64,000 nucleotides of DNA from Paraphysomonas bandaiensis. Lineage: Eukaryota > Protista > Chrysophyceae. Location of the stretch: the NCBI GenBank assembly GCA_965644295.1, contig CBFFRP010000620.1, positions 1 through 64,000 on the forward strand. The letters are read 5' to 3'. A program made the translations under genes and the position numbers. Shown piece by piece: positions 1 through 8,271 of the stretch (position 1 is the first letter of the stretch; each line of letters begins with the position of its first letter). Below the pieces are notes generated by a model. That model had not been told where the DNA came from, made no database searches, and worked only from the letters and a program-made list of their open reading frames with translations.

Positions 1-88
1 TCATCACTGTTACAACACCACCATCATCATCATCACCACCATCATCATCACCATCATCAACACCATCACCATTACTACACCATTACAA
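1..88. repeat. (CAT/CAC)n low-complexity microsatellite at the window edge
   Basis: Run of catcat/caccac triplets at 1-88. Confidence 0.8.
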
Positions 89-90
89 CT

Positions 91-210
91 CTGGCATTTT
101 GGCACTGGCTTTTTATAACATAAACTATATAATAAATTTTATTTTATAACTTTTTCTAATTTTCATAAAAGCCAAAATGCCAGAAAGCCAAAATGCCAGA
201 AAGCCAAAAT
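91..210. repeat. Inverted/tandem iteron cluster at the edge of the viral region
   Basis: CTGGCATTTTGGC at 91-103 is the reverse complement of GCCAAAATGCCAG at 171-183 and 187-199 (16-bp tandem unit, about 2.5 copies), with an AT-rich spacer between them. Confidence 0.7.
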
Positions 211-671
211 CATATTTTAATTTTATTATAAGATAATTATTTAATATTATATAAAGTAATTAATTTTTATTTAAAGTATAGTATTATTAATATTATTATA
301 TAAGATAATTATTATATTTAAAGATAGAGTGAAAAGGAAAGAGTAATAAAACGAAGTTTTATTACGATACGAGAGCCCTTCTGGCTCAGGAAGAATGCCT
401 AAGCGGCTTAGAGCGGCCCGTGTCCGTCCCCCTTTCTGTGTGTGAACCGGTGACAACAACAAAGAGATATTCAATCATACGGATTGTAATCGCATCTGCC
501 GGTTATACTATGTTTAATACGATCAACTTTAGATTGACAGGTGATACATGGAGTCTTGAGTCGTCAACTGAATAATATTTCTTTCTAGTATATTATATTA
601 TACGGCGGCGAGTATGAGTGGAAGGATATATCGAAATCCAATTTGAATCGATTTTCTTGTGAGGTGTGAGG

Positions 672-1142
672 TTACTTCGTCAAAAGCAAGTTTGCAAAAA
701 AACGGATTGCTTTCTTCATGTTACGACGGAACCATTTGTAGTTTTTAATTTTTGGCATGAGGAGTTGGATCATTTTGCGAATGATATCTTCGTCACCACC
801 GAAAAAATCAGACACACATTCGATGACAAGTCGTTCGCGGAATAAACCCCGTGATTTCCCCAAGATGAAATTTTCAACACATTGCATCGTACACAGCAAT
901 ATCCGGTCGCTGTATTTGTTTTGCGATTTGTCAAATAACATTAGATGGGTACGAACTGCTTTAACAAATTCGCACGCATGTTTCTCGTCTCGAATTCGTT
1001 TTATTTCCTGTTCCGTTCCTTCAAAAAGAACCCCGAAGACGCGTTTATTGGGAATGAGTGGTGGCTGCGACTTGCCTTCGTCGCGTGAGTGTTGCAGTGG
1101 GCGTGGTGGCTCGGGTAGTGGATTTATGTCGTTGCGAATCAT
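672..1142 (-). CDS. Hypothetical viral protein (156 aa)
   Basis: Intact ATG ORF co-oriented with the PLV genes, with a basic amphipathic C-terminus; no recognisable motif. Confidence 0.6.
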   Translation of the reverse strand: MIRNDINPLPEPPRPLQHSRDEGKSQPPLIPNKRVFGVLFEGTEQEIKRIRDEKHACEFVKAVRTHLMLFDKSQNKYSDRILLCTMQCVENFILGKSRGLFRERLVIECVSDFFGGDEDIIRKMIQLLMPKIKNYKWFRRNMKKAIRFFANLLLTK

Positions 1143-1214
1143 CTACTTTTACTAGTAGGGCACTAAAAAAAGCCAGAGTATAGTTTGTGCAATATGATTT
1201 CGTTTTGTTCCGTA

Positions 1215-1628
1215 TTATTGAATAGTGAAGTGAATACGTTGTGAATTCGGGTGAGTGACCATTTTGGATCGCTTTCTCATATAGTCCAACCAGAGCACAC
1301 ACCAATAACCGCACGATTCTGCACGAGGATCCTGTAGTTTAGAATTGTTGTAGGGTATTTTTTTGTTTCCATTCACACGTTTAATATACGCCGCGATATT
1401 TGTTGGTGGCGCGAGGGCAAATGAATCGAAATATAAATAACGTTTACCCCGTGAAAATATGGCGACCCAATGTGTACCTTTAGAGCCGTCATCGATGTTG
1501 ACAATAATCATTTCATTTTGAATGGGAGTTCGATGGGCTAATTGGTGTTTACCAACCACATATATTCGAAACCCCATCTGTTTTCCCAATCGAGTCAACT
1601 GTGAGGATGTTGTAATTCCAAGTTCCAT
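1215..1628 (-). CDS. Adenain/Ulp1-like cysteine maturation protease
   Basis: Catalytic motifs in adenain order: GTHWVAIF (His), YFDSF (Asp), LQDPRAESCGYWC (Gln...Cys). Confidence 0.88.
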   Translation of the reverse strand: MELGITTSSQLTRLGKQMGFRIYVVGKHQLAHRTPIQNEMIIVNIDDGSKGTHWVAIFSRGKRYLYFDSFALAPPTNIAAYIKRVNGNKKIPYNNSKLQDPRAESCGYWCVLWLDYMRKRSKMVTHPNSQRIHFTIQ

Positions 1629-1645
1629 TCGTTTATGTATTATTA

Positions 1646-2362
1646 TTAGGATAGTAAAAACGAACCACCGCGTTTTCCTTTTCCACTACCTCTGTTATAC
1701 GGATCCATTGCGGGGTGTGCGGGTCCCATTAACCCTTGATATGAGTACACATACGCGTCACCTGTGACCGAACCACCGACATAATTTGAGGCCGCTTTTT
1801 TACCAACTTTGCTGACGCGCTTGGCTACCTTTGCATTCACACCGCGATTGACTGCTTCCTCCTCGAGACGATTGACCGCCATATCTGTGAGTGACTCGCC
1901 CACCACCGCTTTGGATGTTTTGTTGGCAAGTGCCGCTGCTTGTTTTCCTTTTTTGATTGCTTTTCCCAAATTGATCTTACCACCATGTTTGTCCTTCGCG
2001 TCAATCAATATATCGGACGCTCGATGGGATACACTTTCAGGAACAAACATTCCCAAACTTTTATCGACCCCTTCGCGGATAAGTACGTCGCTGACACTTT
2101 CACCAAGAACCCCCTTTGATGCTTTATCGACAACTTTGCGGATTTTGTTTGCTTTCTTTAGTGTTTTACCGAGTTTGAATTTACCACCCACATAATCACT
2201 GAAATCCTCGGCCGAAATGCGTACCGTTTTCCCGCGTGAACGGTTGAGTTTATTAGCGATGGCGGGGTTTTGTAAGTCATGTGAGGTAAATTTGGACTTA
2301 TCAATTTGAACGACTTTTCCGTCGCGTAGTTTGGCTTGTTGAGTTGGGGTCAATTGTGGCAT
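1646..2362 (-). CDS. Lys-rich putative virion core/DNA-packaging protein with repeated GG cleavage-like sites
   Basis: Very basic, with an internal repeat (GGKFKLGKTLKK / GGKINLGKAIKK) and YVGG, KHGG, YVGG and KRGG motifs; lies between the capsid and protease genes. Confidence 0.6.
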   Translation of the reverse strand: MPQLTPTQQAKLRDGKVVQIDKSKFTSHDLQNPAIANKLNRSRGKTVRISAEDFSDYVGGKFKLGKTLKKANKIRKVVDKASKGVLGESVSDVLIREGVDKSLGMFVPESVSHRASDILIDAKDKHGGKINLGKAIKKGKQAAALANKTSKAVVGESLTDMAVNRLEEEAVNRGVNAKVAKRVSKVGKKAASNYVGGSVTGDAYVYSYQGLMGPAHPAMDPYNRGSGKGKRGGSFLLS

Positions 2363-2395
2363 TAGTTTTTTTTAATAATGTGCATATAAAAAACG

Positions 2396-3117
2396 TTAAA
2401 CTGCAGTTAAACGAGCACCTGTCAAACCGTCTATTTCAATTCGATTCATGGATGTGACAAATATGTACAATGTGTAGGCTTTTAACCCTTCGTTTTTAAA
2501 TTTGATCTGTATGTTACGGGGACGTGATGAATCTGGATCCGCGGACCTCGATATATCGACGAAGTAATATTTGTATAAACCGGAATTGAAATCTCGAAAG
2601 GTTAGTCCACCTTTGATATTATCAGTCATATTGCTATTTGATGCATATAGTCCTTGTATTTGACGGTAAAAATCAACAGACGAAGAAAGATTGTTTTGAT
2701 AAAGATTGATTCCATCGACGCTCACGTTAAAATCACTGAAAAGACTTGGACATGCACAATTTGGTGCGGAAAAATATGGACTTTCAAGTGGTGGTACCAT
2801 GGCATTTTCTACCGCCGTTAACTGAGGAATGATAAGAATGGATCGTGGATTAATGATACCCGCTGATATTTGGTAATTAAGTCTTCCCTGGGCGGCAACG
2901 GTGGTTTCGTAAAGTGAGAATGTGGGATAAGAAAATTGAATGGTTTTGTTTATGGAAAGCCAATTTTCTTCTTCGGAAGGGGTAAGTCGCACGACGGGAA
3001 CATGTAACCTCACATCAGTTTGATCATGCACAATATTAAGCGAGCGATGTGCCGGAAATGTTGGCTTCACGACCGACGCACTGACAGTTAATGTTCCATT
3101 TTCGCGCATGTCGTAAC
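2396..3117 (-). pseudogene. PLV double jelly-roll major capsid protein, C-terminal half only
   Basis: Beta-rich sequence resembling PLV MCP C-termini (GIINPRSILIIP, FNVSVDGINLY, YKYYFVDISR, LYIFV...IEIDGLTG). The frame stays open past the annotated ATG up to the repeat junction at 3118, so the N-half is missing. Confidence 0.75.
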
Positions 3118-3401
3118 TGCCCCATTCTGAGCGCGTACTTAGGTAGATTCGGATGGGGGTCGGGTGGGTACCTAACTAATACTTGATTTAAGTCCCATAC
3201 GTTATTTGCTAGCTACCTACTGAACCCAACTAGCTACATCATTATCACATGGTATTCAGCGCTGAATATGCAGTGAGACCCCGGGTGGGGAAGCGCTGAA
3301 CTAAGCAATGTGTACATAGGTAGAGGTGAGCAAGCGCAGCACTCAGCAGCACCCACTAGGGGGCCGCACGCAATGATTAGTTACGCTGTCAGTATGGGGC
3401 A
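3118..3401 (+). mobile_element. ~285-bp TG...CA element (MITE or solo-LTR-like), copy 1
   Basis: Ends TGCCCCATTCTGAG ... GTCAGTATGGGGCA (imperfect 14-bp TIR); homologous copies at 7985, 45049 and 52883. Confidence 0.9.
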
Positions 3402-3983
3402 AGTACGTGAGGCAGAACGAGAAAACAAGATGGGACTATCTATTAACTTACGCTTATAGTAGTACTGTATTGATTGAATTACGTTTTGAGATATAGTAAA
3501 ATTATGATGTTGTAGCACTGTGACTTAGGAACCATGTCAATCACCAACACCAACATTCTGTTCTACAAATCGTATCTTTAACAGCTACTATATTTTCAGT
3601 TTCTTTGTATACTTTTAATAGCTACTCCTATAGTGTAGTCCTGTATATTCTGTATTTCATTGCTACATAGAATACAGGGTTGCTACTAGCGATAAGCTTC
3701 ACAAGCTTCAAGTACGCACTTAGGAGTTGGTTGTAGTTCAATACTATCCCGACTTGTGATTATCTTCAAACGATTGGCAATCTACTTGTTGCTGGTAACG
3801 AGAAACTTCCCAATGAATTAGTGAACGATTAATTAATAAATTTTTCTTAAACTTTTATTACAATTACAATGCATTATTTCCTAAAGTCGATGGTAGGTAA
3901 AAACCTGGTCAAGTACTTTGACCAGGTGATGTGTACTATATATATAGGGTATATTTGAGAAAGTCTGGTATACTAGCAAATAA

Positions 3984-4424
3984 CACGATAATTGGACTAA
4001 TTCTAAACATTTATGTGGAGACGATTTGACTGACTTGACTGAATATTTGGAGGATGGTGGTGGAGTAAATTTCAGTGAACTTCGTTTTGAAGTGGGCCAG
4101 AAAGTTAGAACCACTCATGGGCTAGTTGCCACTGTGCAATCAGTAAATAGGAACGGCACTTACGACATCAAGTACATTCAGGCATTGCATGGAACAGACG
4201 AAGGAGTGAAACAACGATTTCTGAAGCCATGCAAAGGTACGTCGCATGTTATAGTTATTAGTGTTAATTAACTTTTTTGTAATCTAGAAACTGTCAGAAC
4301 AACTTCAAAGAATACACGACGACCTACTTATGAAATGGTTATTGTCAGTGAGAGTAAGAAATGGAAAGATACAGGGGCATTAGATGGTAGTAATGTGATC
4401 GTTGGGAAAAGAAAGCGAAGGTAG
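3984..4424 (+). CDS. Partial spliced ORF inside the TIR element: Tudor/SH3-like domain plus basic C-terminal tail
   Basis: FEVGQKV...ATVQSVNRNGTYDIKY...EGVKQRFLKP. A GT-AG intron at 4237-4287 gives an in-frame exon ending LDGSNVIVGKRKRR-stop(4422-4424). No in-frame ATG found upstream. Confidence 0.5.
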
Positions 4425-4560
4425 TGATAATTGTTTATATATTATGAAATGGTTATTGTCAGTGAGAGTGAGAAATTGAGAGATACAGGAACATTATATA
4501 TGGTATTTTAATGTTGTTATCAGTGGGAAAAGAAATCGAAGGTAGTGATAATTGTTATAT
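4328..4560. repeat. Imperfect ~114-bp tandem duplication of the 3' end of the Tudor-like ORF
   Basis: TTATGAAATGGTTATTGTCAGTGAGAGT...GAAGGTAGTGATAATTGTT appears twice. Confidence 0.8.
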
Positions 4561-4838
4561 TATGTTATATATATATTATTATGTAATTTGTTTTTATAAA
4601 AAGCAATAATGATTATTGATTATAAGTAGTTACGTAACTACACTTATAGTACTCAGAAATACGGCCAGAATAAAATATCCTTTTAAAATATAATGCAACA
4701 CAGTAACACAAAGCGATTCCAAGACGATATGCACTCATCACAACACGTTCTCCATGTTCGTTTTACATATTCGTACACAAAAGTAGTAGTTTGACCAGAT
4801 TCTAGTACTTAGACCAGGTTTTTACTTACCATCGACTT

Positions 4839-6452
4839 CTATTTCTGGTATACCCCAAGTAGCAACTCCACAGCTGGTTTCATACTTCTCGCCGCATCAG
4901 CAGAGTTCCGTGCTTTAGATACCCGTCCATTGTCAATGAATGTGCATAGAAATTTATCAAATTGCAGCTCAAATCCATGTAATATACTTCTCCTAAACTG
5001 TGGGGTTACAGACACGTGCCGCCATTCGATATCTTCATGTATATATTTGGCTTTGGCCATTCGGTCTACGCACTCTTGCAGAACAGTACATGGGTCCAAT
5101 TGAGAGAGTGCGTTCTGACATTGGTGCAAATGCTCAATTACACTCATGTCCACTTCCGCATTCCCACTCCAGCAATCAGGCGAAGTGATGAAAAAAGGGC
5201 GGCCATGTTCGTCAAGCCGGCAGTGAAAAGAAAAGGGCATCACGATAGCAGGTCTGTTGTTCAATGTACACGAATATACTGACGAAATTCCACACGCCTT
5301 CCACACTTTCACTTCAGCATTAATGGCGTTACTATCTTGCCCAGTATCTGTATCCTTCACTCTTCGGTGAAACTTGATTACAGCAAGGTTTCCATGAGTA
5401 GCACTTGCTGCTAACCAAACTCGTCCGTCTGCTCCCCCATGATAATCCCGCAAAAGTATAAATTTACGCACCCTACTCGGTGGGGCTAGGGAAAATCTTC
5501 TATGATCGCGAATATATTTCAAATCTCTGGACATTAAGCTAGTCCAATACCAAGACTCTTTGTCCAACAAAATATAGGAACGCTGCTGGGACAGAAGCTG
5601 CATTTTGCTAACATCTAGAGCATTCTTCCCATAGTTCATTTTGCAAAGCACTGACACCAGAGCCTTGGCCAGCAGTCCTGTCGAGTCTTCGGTCTGGCCA
5701 GTGTACATTTGGCTTCCATGAAGCACTCGCGCATCTGCACATCCGACATCGATATTGTCTGTGCTCAATGTGTATGATAAGTCTGTGGCCAATGCTGCAG
5801 CGTCACTGTCTGGTAACCAGCAGATTAGCCAATCCTCAAAATCGGTCAAAATACCGAATACATGTCGTAGCCCATGAAAGCTGCGTAGGCGTAACATGTA
5901 GTCGAACAGCTGACCTTGGACCTTGGGATTCTGGAAAGTGGACTCCTTTGCCTTATTCTTTCTCGGCTTTTTTATTTCGACAGCCCCGACAGGGTACCCA
6001 TTGCAACAAATAACCCAAATGTCCGCTTTCATGGAGGCAATTTCGAGATCGCATCGCAATTTTAATTCCCCTCCAAGGTTTGCAACTGTGAGCATGTCAA
6101 GAATGACACTGTGAACAAGATTATGGATATCCATTTCTGTAGAGAACCCTACAGTATCGTCCAAAGTAAATATTTTTGATATCTTCTTTTCTAAATTCTT
6201 GATTTGTTCAGTCGAGATATCCAGCAGTCCAAAATTTAATTCACGAAAAGCACTCACACATCTGTGTCCATTGCTAATTGATGGACTTGTCCTGGACCCA
6301 TCTTGGAAAACACAAGGGAGTTTTCGTTGGCCACTGAAATATTGATATAGACTGTCCTTTCGGAATTCATTCAACTCTACATGTGCCGAATTCAACTGTT
6401 CCGTCAGTTTCAACACTTGGCTTCGCAACTCTTCCTCTACACTACTAGACAT
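4839..6452 (-). CDS. Crinkler(CRN)/CR-type effector: coiled coil + PD-(D/E)XK REase-like domain + atypical protein-kinase-like domain
   Basis: Intronless 537 aa. REase motif KADIWV...GAVEIKKP...QGQLFDYM; kinase-like HGGADGRVWLA...AVIKF...E, YIHEDIEWRHV, FIDNGR. Confidence 0.7.
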   Translation of the reverse strand: MSSSVEEELRSQVLKLTEQLNSAHVELNEFRKDSLYQYFSGQRKLPCVFQDGSRTSPSISNGHRCVSAFRELNFGLLDISTEQIKNLEKKISKIFTLDDTVGFSTEMDIHNLVHSVILDMLTVANLGGELKLRCDLEIASMKADIWVICCNGYPVGAVEIKKPRKNKAKESTFQNPKVQGQLFDYMLRLRSFHGLRHVFGILTDFEDWLICWLPDSDAAALATDLSYTLSTDNIDVGCADARVLHGSQMYTGQTEDSTGLLAKALVSVLCKMNYGKNALDVSKMQLLSQQRSYILLDKESWYWTSLMSRDLKYIRDHRRFSLAPPSRVRKFILLRDYHGGADGRVWLAASATHGNLAVIKFHRRVKDTDTGQDSNAINAEVKVWKACGISSVYSCTLNNRPAIVMPFSFHCRLDEHGRPFFITSPDCWSGNAEVDMSVIEHLHQCQNALSQLDPCTVLQECVDRMAKAKYIHEDIEWRHVSVTPQFRRSILHGFELQFDKFLCTFIDNGRVSKARNSADAARSMKPAVELLLGVYQK

Positions 6453-7756
6453 ACCATACTATACTATACTATAATTTATTCATCACGATTCTTTTAACCA
6501 TAACTGTTGCATATATGTGCATCATACTGTTGCATATATCTAGATATGGACATCATACTGTTGCGGCTTTGAGAAGTAATAATTACAGTATCGTATCGGC
6601 ATCCTTCGTTTATTTTTGTTCCAAGATGCCTCTAATATTGAGATAACAATTATATGTATTCCAGCCGTAGTTGTAGTTCAGTAATATAGATGAATTTTGC
6701 TTCCATTTATTTCCGAAAAATGAGATGCTGACTGCCGATACGATAGAAGGTCCGCTTTTATGAACAGAAACAGAACGGTATTATGTAGTATTACGTGTAT
6801 TCTACTGTATGCTACTGCTGTATACTGTTGTATAATTGTGTTAAAATACTGTTGTATGTATAGGTATATCTATATGTGCGTCATCTTACGTTACTTTAAA
6901 CTCTCAGTAGTGCCATGAAACAAGATAATATCTACACCAGGAGCCGATAGCGATCTACTTGCCGTCATATTCTCATCAACCCCTCCATTAATGCGATGTC
7001 TGTTCATATATATACGTGAAGGTGACTGTTAATAGTCTCACAGACCCCCCTCACGTATATACGACACAAACAGAGACATGTGCCAGTCAATTATCTTCTG
7101 TCGTTTGCTCCATTTCATTCCGTCTACGTTTATCCCTCTTGCGGCCCTTCATGTAGGGTAAGATTTTTCTTGAAGCCTTTGATTTTTCTGTAGGGTAAGA
7201 TATCTCTCTGAGGTTCTCCCCCCCACCACAGATCCTACAGCATTTTTATTTTACCTTTTGGAAAACGAAAGCCTTCTGAACACAAATGATGGCGCCCTCC
7301 CCATGTGTAAATTCCAGCATTCTCTCGTGATATAGATTGCTCTTCTTGTGTAGGTATTCGCTCCGAATTATATGAAGTGCATCTTGTTCAAATTTCTGGT
7401 AAGAGTGTTTCACGTAGAGTCCCCAACGGATACACAAACTATACTTTGAAGCCGCTGAATATATGCAATCAGCTTTTGCTATTGACATGTTATAAATAAT
7501 ATTGCTCTTGCGTGCTGAGGTTAAGTGTGCACTGACCCTTATACTGTCACACTATTATTATTAATAAAATAAAAAAAGTGACGATGCACAGACATCTAAG
7601 CTTCTATAAAATAAGATTGATAACTAGTCTTAGTATTTAGTGTGAGATATATACTTCGTATTAGTTAGAAGATAAAACTTGTAATAAACTCCATATACGT
7701 AACGAAGCCTAATAATGTAACAGTATGGGACAGTTGGATAGTGCATCAAGGACCAA

Positions 7757-7926
7757 GGGATGTATTATTCAACCTAGTCAAATTGGTTGAATTACCTAGT
7801 CACACTACTTTTGGTTGAATAACCTAGTCAAGTAGGTGAAAAACCTAGTCATTTAATAATTCATATATTAAGTTTACAATGACTAGGTGTTTTGGGGTAT
7901 TCACCTAGTCAAAAATAATAATTTCC
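7757..7926 (+). mobile_element. MITE-like element with repeated ACCTAGTC motifs, copy A
   Basis: GGGATGTATTATTCAACCTAGTCAAATTGGTTGAATTACCTAGT; the same end sequence is at 32955 (minus strand) and 59899. Confidence 0.7.
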
Positions 7927-7984
7927 ACTCAAACAAGTTCCCTTCCACATTAATGAAAATGCAAGAATTGTACACATGCAATAC

Positions 7985-8271
7985 TGCCCCATATTGACAG
8001 CGTAACTAATTACTGCGTGCGGCCCCCTAGTGGGTGCGGCTGAGTGCTGCTGCGATTGCTCACCTCTACCTATGTACACATTGCTTAGTTCAGCACTACC
8101 CCACCCGGGGTCTCACTGCATATTCAGCGCTGAATACCATGTGATAATGATGTAGCTAGTTGGGTTCAGTAGGTAGCTAGCAAATAACGTATGGGACTTA
8201 AATCAAGTATTAGTTAGGTACCCACCCGACCCCCATCCGAATCTACCTAAGTACGCGCTCAGAATGGGGCA
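7985..8271 (-). mobile_element. ~285-bp TG...CA element, copy 2 (inverted relative to copy 1)
   Basis: Reverse complement of 3118-3401; identical over the outer 173 bp, about 8 differences in the inner part. Confidence 0.9.

Larger units (their letters stand above)
672..3117 (-). mobile_element. Endogenous Polinton-like virus (PLV) fragment: morphogenetic module, truncated on the right
   Basis: Four tightly packed, intronless, co-oriented ORFs: capsid-like, basic core-like, adenain-like protease and a hypothetical. The capsid ORF is cut at 3117/3118 by a repeat. Confidence 0.8.
3884..4838. mobile_element. 955-bp non-autonomous TIR DNA element with 3-bp TSD (CTA)
   Basis: AAGTCGATGGTAGGTAAAAACCTGGTC at 3884 matches the reverse complement of 4812-4838 with 1 mismatch; CTA flanks both sides (3881-3883, 4839-4841). 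Confidence 0.8.

Noticed and set aside
1-88. Poly-His or Asp/Gly coding stretch
   Set aside because: Cut by the window edge, with no supportable ORF; treated as a microsatellite.
7246-7488. 80-aa ORF inside the composite segment
   Set aside because: No recognisable motif or convincing splice partners; cannot be supported as a gene.
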